Below, one piece after another: positions 16,131 through 24,295 of a DNA stretch of 32,000 bases. This DNA comes from Propionibacterium ruminifibrarum (GTDB lineage: Bacteria; Actinomycetota; Actinomycetes; Propionibacteriales; Propionibacteriaceae): assembly GCF_900289195.1 (NCBI RefSeq), contig NZ_OMOH01000007.1:60001-92000 (forward strand). Reading direction: 5' to 3'. Position 1 is the first letter of the stretch, and every line of letters starts with the position of its first letter. Under the pieces are notes generated by a model. That model saw only the letters and a program-made list of their open reading frames with translations. It did no database searches and was not told the DNA's origin. Both the position numbers and the translations under genes were made by a program.

Positions 16131-16189
16131 TCCAACAGGATCTGGCCGTTTCAGGCCGAGAAGCGAGGAAACGGCCAGATCCTGTTGGA
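16131..16189. repeat. 22-bp perfect inverted repeat (long stem-loop) between convergent genes
   Basis: tccaacaggatctggccgtttc (16131-16152) pairs with gaaacggccagatcctgttgga (16168-16189), with a 15-nt loop. It is flanked by CTTTTT on the left. Its G+C is lower than that of the other hairpins in the window. Confidence 0.8.
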
Positions 16190-16310
16190 TTCGGCATCCC
16201 TGCCCACGCGTCGCGCGATATGTCGCGCCTCGGCACCGGCAACGAACAGGTGCCCCCGCGCAACCAGCACGGGGCACCCGACCCTGCTACCTGACAGAAA
16301 ACCCCACACA

Positions 16311-16838
16311 TCAGTCGATGAGGTCGGCGGGGTCGTTGGCGATGATGGGCACGATGCGGTGCCCGATGGTCGCCTCGGGGTGCAGCCGGAGCCACTCCAC
16401 CAGCTCCGCGGTGATCCACCACATCATCGTGACCATCTGGAAGTGCTCGTCGCCGAGTGTGCTGACGGACCAGCCGCAGCCGGCCATCTCGTCCAGGGGC
16501 GAGCCCTCCAGCAGGGGGACGGCCCTGCTCATCTCGGCCAGCGGCGCGGTGGGTCCGACCGGGAGCAGCCAGGGCTCGTCGGGGCGCATCTGGCGGTCGG
16601 CCGGCCGGCAGCCGTCGACCCGCAGCACCCCGTCGTGCAGCATCCCGCTGATCTGCCAGCGCAGGGCCGGGTTCAGCGGCATGAGCGGCCGGTCGAGCCG
16701 GACTCCCGCGACCGGCAGCTCACCGGGGGTGGTCACCAGGGACGCGGTCGGCCCCTCGCCCCGGCTCAACCAGCCACGGCCGACGACCGGGCGCGAGGGG
16801 TCCAGGACGGGGGCTACTGAGGCGCGTCCCACGATCAT
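16311..16838 (-). CDS. hypothetical protein (no family recognised)
   Basis: 175 aa, with the ATG at 16838 preceded by GGAGGCGG. Third-position G/C bias is good. I see no TM segment and no motif I can name. Confidence 0.6.
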   Translation of the reverse strand: MIVGRASVAPVLDPSRPVVGRGWLSRGEGPTASLVTTPGELPVAGVRLDRPLMPLNPALRWQISGMLHDGVLRVDGCRPADRQMRPDEPWLLPVGPTAPLAEMSRAVPLLEGSPLDEMAGCGWSVSTLGDEHFQMVTMMWWITAELVEWLRLHPEATIGHRIVPIIANDPADLID

Positions 16839-16910
16839 GATCCGCCTCCATCTCCTGCGCCCTCGGAAGGATCCACGGGACCGACCTGCCGGGTCCGGGG
16901 CCTCATCGGG

Positions 16911-17495
16911 TCAGGGGGCCGACTCGACCAGCTCGACCCCGGCCGCGGCCATCGCCTCGCGTGCTGCCCGGCCGAGTTCGGGGCTGACCGGTTCGGTGAG
17001 GTCGGTCAGCACGCGAACCCGGTAGCCGCGTCCGGCGGCGTCCAGCGCGGTGTCCTTGACGCAGTGCGACTCGGCCAGGCCGACGACGTCCACGGCGGTG
17101 ATCCGCTGCCCGGTGAGGATCTCGTCCAGGGCCGTGCCGCCGTCGTCGACACCCTCGAAACCGGAGTAGGCGGCCGCGTACTGGCCCTTCCTCACCTGGG
17201 CGTCGGGGCGCAGGCCGGACAGGGCCGGGTGGAGCTGGGCCTCGGCGCTGCCCGCGATCCCGTGGGGCGGCCAGCTGTCGACGAAGTCCGGGTTCTCGGA
17301 GAAGTGCTCCCCGGGGTCGATGTGCCAGTCCTGGGTGGTGACCACCAGGTCGTAGTCGCCCCGGTGCGCAGCGGCGTAGTCGGCTATGCGGTGGGCGACG
17401 GCGTCGCCCCCGGCGACGGCCAGGGAACCGCCCTCGCAGAAGGTCGGCTGGACGTCGACGACGAGGAGGGCGCGGCGGGTCTGAGGTGGGTTCAT
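16911..17495 (-). CDS. pncA: nicotinamidase/pyrazinamidase (isochorismatase-like hydrolase)
   Basis: 194 aa. It has LLVVDVQPTF with the catalytic Asp. The metal site is TQDWHIDPGEHF. The catalytic Cys lies in VVGLAESHCV. Confidence 0.85.
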   Translation of the reverse strand: MNPPQTRRALLVVDVQPTFCEGGSLAVAGGDAVAHRIADYAAAHRGDYDLVVTTQDWHIDPGEHFSENPDFVDSWPPHGIAGSAEAQLHPALSGLRPDAQVRKGQYAAAYSGFEGVDDGGTALDEILTGQRITAVDVVGLAESHCVKDTALDAAGRGYRVRVLTDLTEPVSPELGRAAREAMAAAGVELVESAP

Positions 17496-17603
17496 GCCCG
17501 GAGCCTACGCCGGTCTCCCCGCGCCGGCAGCACGATTGTTCAGACGGCCGGTGCGGGTCGGTCAGTTGTCCGGCCTCCGCGAAGGGCTACCGTTGACCGG
17601 GTG

Positions 17604-17966
17604 ATGGATCGTCGGTGCTCGCGCAATGGCTGCAACGAGCGTGCAGTCGCCACCCTCACGTTCGCCTATGCCGATTCCACGGCCGTTCTCGGCCCTCTCG
17701 CCGTGGCGGCCGAGCCCGGCAGCTACGACCTGTGCGAACGGCACGCCGAGTCCATGAGCGTGCCGAGGGGCTGGGACGTCATCCGGGTGGAGGCGCCCGA
17801 TGGGCGTCCCCCCGCCCCCGACGAGGACGACCTGTTCGCGCTGGCCGACGCCGTCCGCGAGGTCGGACTGGCCGCAGAACCCGCCCCGGCCACCCCGGAC
17901 GAGGACGGTGTCGTCGAGCTGGCCCACCGGGGGCATCTGCGCGTCATCGCGGACCGGCCCCGCTGA
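17604..17966 (+). CDS. DUF3499 domain protein
   Basis: MDRRCSRNGCNERAVATLTFAYADSTAVLGPLAVAAEPGSYDLCERHAESMSVPRGWDVIRV matches the actinobacterial DUF3499 pattern (CSR.GC...ATL.., YDLC..HA). The upstream 180 codons of the track ORF are antisense to pncA and are rejected. Confidence 0.8.
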   Translation: MDRRCSRNGCNERAVATLTFAYADSTAVLGPLAVAAEPGSYDLCERHAESMSVPRGWDVIRVEAPDGRPPAPDEDDLFALADAVREVGLAAEPAPATPDEDGVVELAHRGHLRVIADRPR

Positions 17967-18097
17967 GCCGGGTCGGCATGCAGCCGGCGATCGGCGCGGC
18001 CGGCCGGACCGGGTCACGCCCGGACTCGTTCCTGACCGCACCCTGGTCGCCGGCCGGTTCGCCGGGGCGCCGGCCCTGCTGGTCTAGGGTGGTCCCC

Positions 18098-18925
18098 ATG
18101 GTTAACGAGTACGCCGAAGGCTTCCCCGCCCTCATCGCCTTCGACCTGGACGACACCCTGGCCCCCAGCAAGTCCCCCCTTCCGGCCGCCATGGGCGCCA
18201 CGATGCGCGATCTGCTGGCGGTACGCCCCGTGTGCATCATCTCGGGCGGCCAGTTCGGCCAGTTCAAGACCCAGGTGCTCGACCGGCTGCCGGCCGACAC
18301 GGACCTGAGCGGGCTCCACCTCATGCCCACCTGCGGCACCCGGTACATGCGGTTCGTCGACGGCGCCTGGCGCGAGCTGTACGCCCACGACCTGGAGCCC
18401 GCCCAGCGCCGGGCCGCCATCGAGTCGATCGAGCGCCGCGCCGCTGAACTCGGCCTGTGGGAACCGGACGAGGCCGTCGCAGGCGACCGCATCGAGGACC
18501 GCGGCAGCCAGATCACCTACTCGGCGCTCGGCCAGGAGGCGGCCGTCGACGACAAGAAGGCGTGGGACCCCGACGGCGCCAAACGCGAGGCCCTCCGCGA
18601 GGCCATCGCCGCCGACCTGCCCACCCTCGAGGTGCGGGCCGGCGGCTCGACGTCCATCGACATCACCCGGCACGGCATCGACAAGGCATACGGCATCGAG
18701 CAGCTGGCCGGGCAGACCGGCATCGCGCTGGGCGACATGCTCTTCGTCGGTGACCGGCTCGCACCCGGCGGCAACGACTACCCGGTGCGGACCCTCGACG
18801 TGCCATGCCACCAGGTGGCGGACCATGATGAGACGCTGGCCTACCTGAACCGACTGATCCCGGTGCTCGCCGCCGGTGACACGCCCGGCGCCGAGCTCCT
18901 CGACCTGCTCGAACCACTCGCCTGA
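18098..18925 (+). CDS. HAD-IIB hydrolase, eukaryotic-type phosphomannomutase-like
   Basis: The start is trimmed to the ATG at 18098. HAD motif I is FDLDDTLA. The cap and core resemble the PMM/Cof subfamily (ISGGQF, GGSTSIDITRHGIDKAYG, FVGDRLAPGGNDYP). Confidence 0.7.
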   Translation: MVNEYAEGFPALIAFDLDDTLAPSKSPLPAAMGATMRDLLAVRPVCIISGGQFGQFKTQVLDRLPADTDLSGLHLMPTCGTRYMRFVDGAWRELYAHDLEPAQRRAAIESIERRAAELGLWEPDEAVAGDRIEDRGSQITYSALGQEAAVDDKKAWDPDGAKREALREAIAADLPTLEVRAGGSTSIDITRHGIDKAYGIEQLAGQTGIALGDMLFVGDRLAPGGNDYPVRTLDVPCHQVADHDETLAYLNRLIPVLAAGDTPGAELLDLLEPLA

Positions 18926-18993
18926 GCCGGTGGCCGGGCGCCCCGGAGGCCGGGGCATCATTGATCGTGAACACAACGTTAGGAGCCAGCGCG

Positions 18994-19194
18994 ATGCCCA
19001 CTGAGGCCGATGTGACCCTCTCCCCGGACTTCCTGCAGGTCGCGGCCTGCCCGAGCTGCCATGCCAAGCTCGCCGTCGACTACGACCACAGTGAGCTCGT
19101 GTGCACCAGCACGGACTGCGCCCTGGCCTACCCGATCATCGATGGCATCCCCGTCCTGCTGATCGACGAGGCGCGCCCGACCCAGTCCAGGTGA
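18994..19194 (+). CDS. Trm112-family small zinc-ribbon protein
   Basis: 66 aa from the ATG at 18994, with AGGAG at 18981-18985. LQVAACPSCHAKL...LVCTSTDCALAYPIIDGIPVLLIDEA is the Trm112/DUF343 pattern. Confidence 0.8.
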   Translation: MPTEADVTLSPDFLQVAACPSCHAKLAVDYDHSELVCTSTDCALAYPIIDGIPVLLIDEARPTQSR

Positions 19195-19199
19195 GGCCG

Positions 19200-20213
19200 A
19201 TGAGCGACTTCGACGACTCCCTCCTCGACGACCAGGACGCCCTGGCCCGGATCGACGAGCAGCTGCGCGCCCTGGCCGGAACCGGTGCGCGCATCCGCAT
19301 GGACGCCGCGGAGCTGGGCCGCCCGGACTTCGGGGCCGGGTATCGCCCGCGTGGCGTCGTCATCGTCGGCCCCGAGGCGCGTCTCGTGCGCGCCCTGCTC
19401 GAACCCTGCTGCCCGGTGCCCGTCGTGGCCTGGCCCTTCGCCGGCCTGCCGGCCTGGACCGGCCCGCTCGACCTCGTCGTCGTCCTCGCCGGTGCCGCCG
19501 GTTCCGGCGCCGACGAGGTCTCCAGCGCCTCCGAGGCGGTGCGCCGCGGCGCGGCCGTGCTCGCCGCGGCCCCCGAGGGCTCGCAGGTCACCCGGGCCGC
19601 CGGGTCGTCCGCGACGATGCACATCCGTACCCGCAGCGCCGACGCCCTCGGCAGCGCCGTTGCGGCGATGAGTGTCCTGCACGAACTCGACCTGGGTCCG
19701 CTGGTGCGTCCCGGCGATGTCGCGGAGACCGCCGACATGGTCGCCGAGGAGTCCAGCCCCTTCCACGACCTGTCCGACAACCCCGCCAAGGACCTGGCCC
19801 TGGCGCTGGCGGACGCCATGCCACTGACCTGGGGCGGTTCCGTGCTCGCCGCCAGGGCGGCCCGCCGCGTCGCCGAGGCCCTGCGCCGGGCGAGCAGCCG
19901 TCCGGCGCTGTCGGCCGTCAGCGGGGAACTGCTGCCGGTCATCGAGGGGGCGCCGGTGCGCGACCGGTTCGCCGACCCCGACGACGGCCCCACCGAGCTG
20001 CGGCCCGTGCTCGTGATCTTCGACGACGACGAGCACAGCTCATCCATCGACGAGCAACGCGACCGGCTGGTCGCCGCAGCGGGCCTGCACGAGGTGCGCG
20101 TGTGCACCATCAACGCCACGGCGGGGGAGAGGCTCGACCGCTACGTCACGCTTCGCCAGAAGGGCCTCTACGGAGCCGCCTATCTCGAACTCGGGTTGTC
20201 CGTCCAGAACTGA
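19200..20213 (+). CDS. SIS-like phosphosugar-isomerase-related protein (conserved actinobacterial manA/manB neighbour)
   Basis: The start is trimmed to the ATG at 19200, 5 nt after the Trm112 stop. Its pattern (LLDDQDAL, NPAKDLALALADAMPLTWG, FADPDD) matches my memory of the Rv3256c-type family. Confidence 0.55.
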   Translation: MSDFDDSLLDDQDALARIDEQLRALAGTGARIRMDAAELGRPDFGAGYRPRGVVIVGPEARLVRALLEPCCPVPVVAWPFAGLPAWTGPLDLVVVLAGAAGSGADEVSSASEAVRRGAAVLAAAPEGSQVTRAAGSSATMHIRTRSADALGSAVAAMSVLHELDLGPLVRPGDVAETADMVAEESSPFHDLSDNPAKDLALALADAMPLTWGGSVLAARAARRVAEALRRASSRPALSAVSGELLPVIEGAPVRDRFADPDDGPTELRPVLVIFDDDEHSSSIDEQRDRLVAAAGLHEVRVCTINATAGERLDRYVTLRQKGLYGAAYLELGLSVQN

Positions 20214-20320
20214 TCGGGCCGTCACGGCCCGTCAGGGAGACAGAGATGAGGAACAATGGGTGCTCGCTGCACGGCACATCCCCGCGCCCTGCTTGAAACC
20301 ACGACCGAAGGCTCCCACGC

Positions 20321-21283
20321 ATGAGTGAAGAAGGCGGCATCAGGGCCACCATCGCCGCGCTCGCCGCCAATCTGGCGATCGCCCTCACCAAGTTCCTCGC
20401 CTGGCTGCTCACCGGGGCCAGCTCGATGCTGTCCGAGGCCATCCACTCGCTGGCCGACACCGGCAACCAGGTGCTGCTGCTCGTCGGGGGCAGGCAGGGC
20501 TCCAGGGGTCCCAGCGAGGCGCACCCGTTCGGCCACGGACGCCAGCGCTACGTCAACGCCTTCCTCGTCTCCGTCATCCTGTTCAGCGTCGGCGGCCTGT
20601 TCGCCCTCTACGAGGCCCTGCACAAGGCCGCGGAGGTGCTCTCCGGGGGCGGGGACGAGCTGATGGCCTCACGCTGGTGGTGGGTGCCACTCGCCGTGCT
20701 GCTCGTCAGCGCGGTGGCCGAGTCCCTCAGCCTGCGCACCGCCCTCGCCGAGACCCGGGAGCAGCGCAGGGGCAAGGGGATCATCGGTTTCGTCCGGGCC
20801 ACCAAGTCGCCGGAGCTCCCTGCGGTCCTGCTCGAGGACACCGCGGCGCTGGCCGGTCTCGCCCTGGCCCTCATCGGCATCGTCCTGACCCTGGTCACCG
20901 GCAACGGGATCTACGACTGCATCGGGTCCGGGCTCATCGGCGTGCTGCTCATCGCTGTCGCGGTCCTGCTCGGCCACGAGATGCAGTCACTGCTGCTCGG
21001 CGAGTCGGCCGACCCCGAGACACAGGCCCGTATCGTGACCGCCTTGACGAGCACGCCCGGCGTCGAGAGCGTCATCCACATGAAGACGGTGCACACCGGG
21101 CCCGAGCAGATCCTGGTCGCCGCCAAGATCGCCGTCACGAGAACCGAGAGCGCCGAGTACATCGCCGCCGTCATCGACGTCGCCGAACGCAATGTGCGCT
21201 GGAACGAGCCCCGGTGCGAGTACATCTACCTGGAACCGGACATCAGGCGGTCGAGCTACCGCCCGGCCCGACGCAAGTTCTGA
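20321..21283 (+). CDS. cation diffusion facilitator (CDF) divalent-metal efflux transporter
   Basis: 320 aa with six TM spans. It has the TM2 HSLADTGNQ motif, FGHGR, and a C-terminal cytoplasmic domain (VESVIHMKTVHTGPEQILVAAKI). Confidence 0.85.
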   Translation: MSEEGGIRATIAALAANLAIALTKFLAWLLTGASSMLSEAIHSLADTGNQVLLLVGGRQGSRGPSEAHPFGHGRQRYVNAFLVSVILFSVGGLFALYEALHKAAEVLSGGGDELMASRWWWVPLAVLLVSAVAESLSLRTALAETREQRRGKGIIGFVRATKSPELPAVLLEDTAALAGLALALIGIVLTLVTGNGIYDCIGSGLIGVLLIAVAVLLGHEMQSLLLGESADPETQARIVTALTSTPGVESVIHMKTVHTGPEQILVAAKIAVTRTESAEYIAAVIDVAERNVRWNEPRCEYIYLEPDIRRSSYRPARRKF

Positions 21284-21310
21284 ACCCCCCGCGGCAATGC
21301 GGGGAGGTGA

Positions 21311-21352
21311 CCGGGGGCGCCGGACCGCACTGCTGTGGTCCGGCGCCCCCGG
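21311..21352. terminator. bidirectional hairpin terminator between the convergent CDF and DUF3039 genes
   Basis: Perfect 16-bp stem, ccgggggcgccggacc (21311-21326) / ggtccggcgcccccgg (21337-21352), with a 10-nt loop. It lies between stops at 21283 (+) and 21365 (-). Confidence 0.7.
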
Positions 21353-21364
21353 GTCGGGAACGGC

Positions 21365-21628
21365 TCAGCGGTCGGGCCCCTTGTCCTCACCCGGCTTCAT
21401 CTGCTCCCAGATCTCCTTGCAGGTGGGGCAGACGGGGAACCGGTCGGGATTGCGGGTGGGCACCCAGACCTTCCCGCACAGGGCCACGACGGGAGTGCCC
21501 GTCACGAGCGCCTCGGTGAGTTTCGCCTTGGGGACGTAGTGGCTGAAGCGCTCCTCATCACCCTCCTCGTAGGTGGGCTGGGTGCGTTCCTTGACGATGG
21601 TTTCAGACCCCGGTGCCAACTGACTCAT
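21365..21628 (-). CDS. DUF3039 domain protein
   Basis: Only the last 87 codons of the 606-aa track ORF are credible. ERFSHYVPKAKLTEALVTGTPVVALCGKVWVPTRNPDRFPVCPTCKEIW is the DUF3039 pattern. The rest is antisense to the MFS gene. Confidence 0.8.
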   Translation of the reverse strand: MSQLAPGSETIVKERTQPTYEEGDEERFSHYVPKAKLTEALVTGTPVVALCGKVWVPTRNPDRFPVCPTCKEIWEQMKPGEDKGPDR

Positions 21629-21730
21629 GGGCTCATCGTCCCACACCGGCCAAGCGGTGCGGCCGGGACGGCGGGAGGCTTTCCCGGCGCTGGTGCACGA
21701 TGCCGGCAGGGCGTGCTTTGATGGACCCTT

Positions 21731-23125
21731 GTGACCGGTGGAGTCAGCAGAACCAGCGCTGCGGGGGTGAGTCCCCTGCTCGTCGTCGGCATTCTCGCCG
21801 CCGTCCTGGCGACCGCGTTCGAGAGCTACGGCACGCTGACGGCCATGCCATCGGCCGCCTCGCAGTTCGGGCGCATGGACCTGTACGACTGGGCGTTCAC
21901 GACGTTCATGATCTTCCAGGTGATGGCCATCGTCATCGGCGGGCGCCTGTGCGACCGGATCGGTTCCGTCATCCCCCTGGCCGGTGGGATGGTCGTCTTC
22001 GTGCTCGGCCTGGCGGCAGCCGGCCTCTCGGTGTCGATGCACATGCTGCTGGCCACGCGCGCCGTGCAGGGCCTCGGCGCCGGCATGAGCAATGTCGCCC
22101 TCATGGTGCTCATCGGCCGGGTCTTCTCCGACGAGCGCAAACCGGCGATGATGTCGGCCTTCTCGTTCTGCTGGGTCCTGCCGAGCTTCGCCGGCCCACC
22201 GGTCGCCGCCTTCATCACCGAGCACTTCGGCTGGCACTGGGTCTTCTGGGGCCTGATCCCCGTCGTCGTCTTCTCCCTCGCCACCGGCTGGGCGCCCCTC
22301 ATGCGGGTGCGCGGCCGTGACCTCGACGCAATCGACGAGGGCAACGAGGACCCGGCCAACGCGCCCGTCCCGCTGTGGGCGGCCGTCTGCGCGGCGCTCG
22401 GTGCCGCGATGATCCAGTACGCCGGGCACCGGCTCGACCTGGTGGCCGCGGTCGTCGCCCTGGCCGGGCTCGTCCTGCTCCGCCTGGCGATCCCCGCGCT
22501 CATGCCGGCCGGTTTCCTGCGGCTGGGCAGGGGCCTGCCCTCGGTCATGGTCACCCGCGGGCTCGAGAACGGCGCCTTCATCGCCTCCGAGACCTATCTG
22601 CTGCTCATCCTCACCCAGGAGCACGGCATGGACCTGGGCCGGGCGAGCATCCTGCTGTGCACCGGGTCGATCACCTGGGCCCTCAGCTCGTGGGCGCAGT
22701 CCCAGCAGTGGATGCGCGGGCGGATGCGCCGCGACCGGATCATCGTGCTGGGCGCCTGGCTGTGCACGATCGGTGTCGCGGTCATGCTCGTCTGCGCCCT
22801 GGTCGAGGCCCTGCCGGTGCCCGTGCTCATCGCCGGCTACGCCACCGGGGGCTTCGGCATGGGGCTCATCGCCTCCAGCACCTCGCTGGCCGTCATGGCC
22901 CTGTCGGACCCGGCGGTGCTCGGCCGGTCCACCTCGTCGCTGCAGGTCTCCGAGGGCCTGCTCAACTCCCTCATCACCGGTGTCGCCGGCTCGGCCTACG
23001 CGCTGGGTGCAGCCGGCGGCAACTGGCCGATCGTCTTCGGCTCGGTGCTCGCCGTGACGACCACCGCCGCGGCCGTCGGTCTCGTCGCCGCCCTGCGCGT
23101 CGGCCCGGTGCACGACCCGGCCTGA
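21731..23125 (+). CDS. MFS transporter (drug/metabolite exporter-like)
   Basis: 464 aa with a GTG start and about 12-14 hydrophobic spans. Motif A is GGRLCDRIG. Confidence 0.8.
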   Translation: MTGGVSRTSAAGVSPLLVVGILAAVLATAFESYGTLTAMPSAASQFGRMDLYDWAFTTFMIFQVMAIVIGGRLCDRIGSVIPLAGGMVVFVLGLAAAGLSVSMHMLLATRAVQGLGAGMSNVALMVLIGRVFSDERKPAMMSAFSFCWVLPSFAGPPVAAFITEHFGWHWVFWGLIPVVVFSLATGWAPLMRVRGRDLDAIDEGNEDPANAPVPLWAAVCAALGAAMIQYAGHRLDLVAAVVALAGLVLLRLAIPALMPAGFLRLGRGLPSVMVTRGLENGAFIASETYLLLILTQEHGMDLGRASILLCTGSITWALSSWAQSQQWMRGRMRRDRIIVLGAWLCTIGVAVMLVCALVEALPVPVLIAGYATGGFGMGLIASSTSLAVMALSDPAVLGRSTSSLQVSEGLLNSLITGVAGSAYALGAAGGNWPIVFGSVLAVTTTAAAVGLVAALRVGPVHDPA

Positions 23126-23224
23126 CCCCGGTGTCGTGCGCCCGGGCCGGGGATGCCCCCGGATTCCCGGCCGGCCCCTGTGCACAACTGGGGCGGGCCG
23201 ATTCGCTCATGGCATTCTTGAGGC

Positions 23225-24199
23225 GTGAGCGAAGATTCCCGCAACGACCAGAACCAGGGCTCCGGGTACGGCCACGACCTGCAGGCGGGTCAGCAGGACG
23301 GCCGGCCCGCCCAGCAGCTGCCCCCGGCCGGGTGGTACTCCGACCCGCACCCGCAGGGCATCGGCCAGCGGTACTGGGACGGCGCCCGGTGGACGCACAG
23401 CACGCGCCCCGATCCGGCCACCGCCGCTGGGGTTGCGGGCCCTGCCGAGGCCGCTCCCACCGCCCCGGTGCAGCAGGCTCAGCCCCAGCCCGGCTATCCC
23501 CAGGGCCGGCCGGGTCAGGTTCAGCCCCAGCCGGGTTACCCCCAGGCCCAGCCCGACTACGGCCAGGGCGGCTATCCCTACGTCGGCGGTTACCAGCAGC
23601 CCTGGCGCACCGAGGCGGGTTTCGCCTACCCGAGCGGCCCTGTCACCGCCGACGGCGTGCGGCTCGGCGGCTGGGGCGCCCGATTCGTCGCGTGGATCAT
23701 CGACGGCATCCTGCTGGTCGTCATCCAGACCATCGTCCTGCAGCTCTTCTTCCGCGACATCGTCACCGCGATGATGCAATGGCAGCAGGACGTCATCTCC
23801 GCCTTCAACAATGGCTCCACCGACGTCCCGAGCCCCCTCGACCCGGTCTACGGCGTGACGACCCAGTGGTACGTGTTCCAGGTCGTCGTCCTGATCATCG
23901 GCTTCGTCTACTTCCTGCTCCTGACGCACTACCGGGGCGCCACCCTCGGCCAGCAGGCCCTCGGCCTGCGCGTCGTACCGGTCGACCGGGGCCGCGTGCC
24001 CGCCGGCCTGCCCTGGGGCCCCAGCCTGATCCGTATCGGCGTGCTGTGGGTCGGCCGTGTCATCGGCCTGCTGCCCGTCATCGGTTTCCTGGGCAACCTG
24101 GTGCAGCTCGCCGACGTCATCTATGGCCTCGCCAACAAGAAACGCCAGACCCTGCACTGCCGGTTCTCCGGCACCCAGGTCATCTCGACCCGCCCGTGA
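23225..24199 (+). CDS. DUF2510 + RDD-domain membrane protein with a Pro/Gln/Gly-rich linker
   Basis: It starts at a GTG. The N-terminal GWYSDPHPQGIGQRYWDGARWT is the DUF2510 pattern. A QPQPGYPQ repeat linker follows. The C-terminal RDD-type polytopic domain reads GGWGARFVAWIIDGILL...THYRGATLGQQALGLRVV. Confidence 0.75.
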   Translation: MSEDSRNDQNQGSGYGHDLQAGQQDGRPAQQLPPAGWYSDPHPQGIGQRYWDGARWTHSTRPDPATAAGVAGPAEAAPTAPVQQAQPQPGYPQGRPGQVQPQPGYPQAQPDYGQGGYPYVGGYQQPWRTEAGFAYPSGPVTADGVRLGGWGARFVAWIIDGILLVVIQTIVLQLFFRDIVTAMMQWQQDVISAFNNGSTDVPSPLDPVYGVTTQWYVFQVVVLIIGFVYFLLLTHYRGATLGQQALGLRVVPVDRGRVPAGLPWGPSLIRIGVLWVGRVIGLLPVIGFLGNLVQLADVIYGLANKKRQTLHCRFSGTQVISTRP

Positions 24200-24295
24200 T
24201 CCCGCCGCTCGACTCGTCGTCGGCGGACGCCCGTCTGCGTGGTCGCCTGCCGGGCCTGCAGGGGCCTGCGGGGGAGCACTCGCTAGGGTGGGGCC

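Noticed and set aside
17615-18097. 161-codon N-terminal extension of the HAD gene ORF
   Set aside because: It overlaps the DUF3499 gene in another frame and is Arg/Pro/Gly-rich. The HAD DxDxT motif lies 15 residues after the ATG at 18098.
20216-20230. Small hairpin gggccg-tca-cggccc after the SIS-like gene
   Set aside because: The stem is only 6 bp with a 3-nt loop and no U-tract. That is too weak to call a terminator with any confidence.
21629-23185. Upstream 519 codons of the 606-aa minus ORF (21365-23185)
   Set aside because: Only the last 87 codons match DUF3039 and have a sensible start. The remainder is antisense to the MFS gene at 21731-23125 and is Arg/Gly/Pro/Asp-rich.
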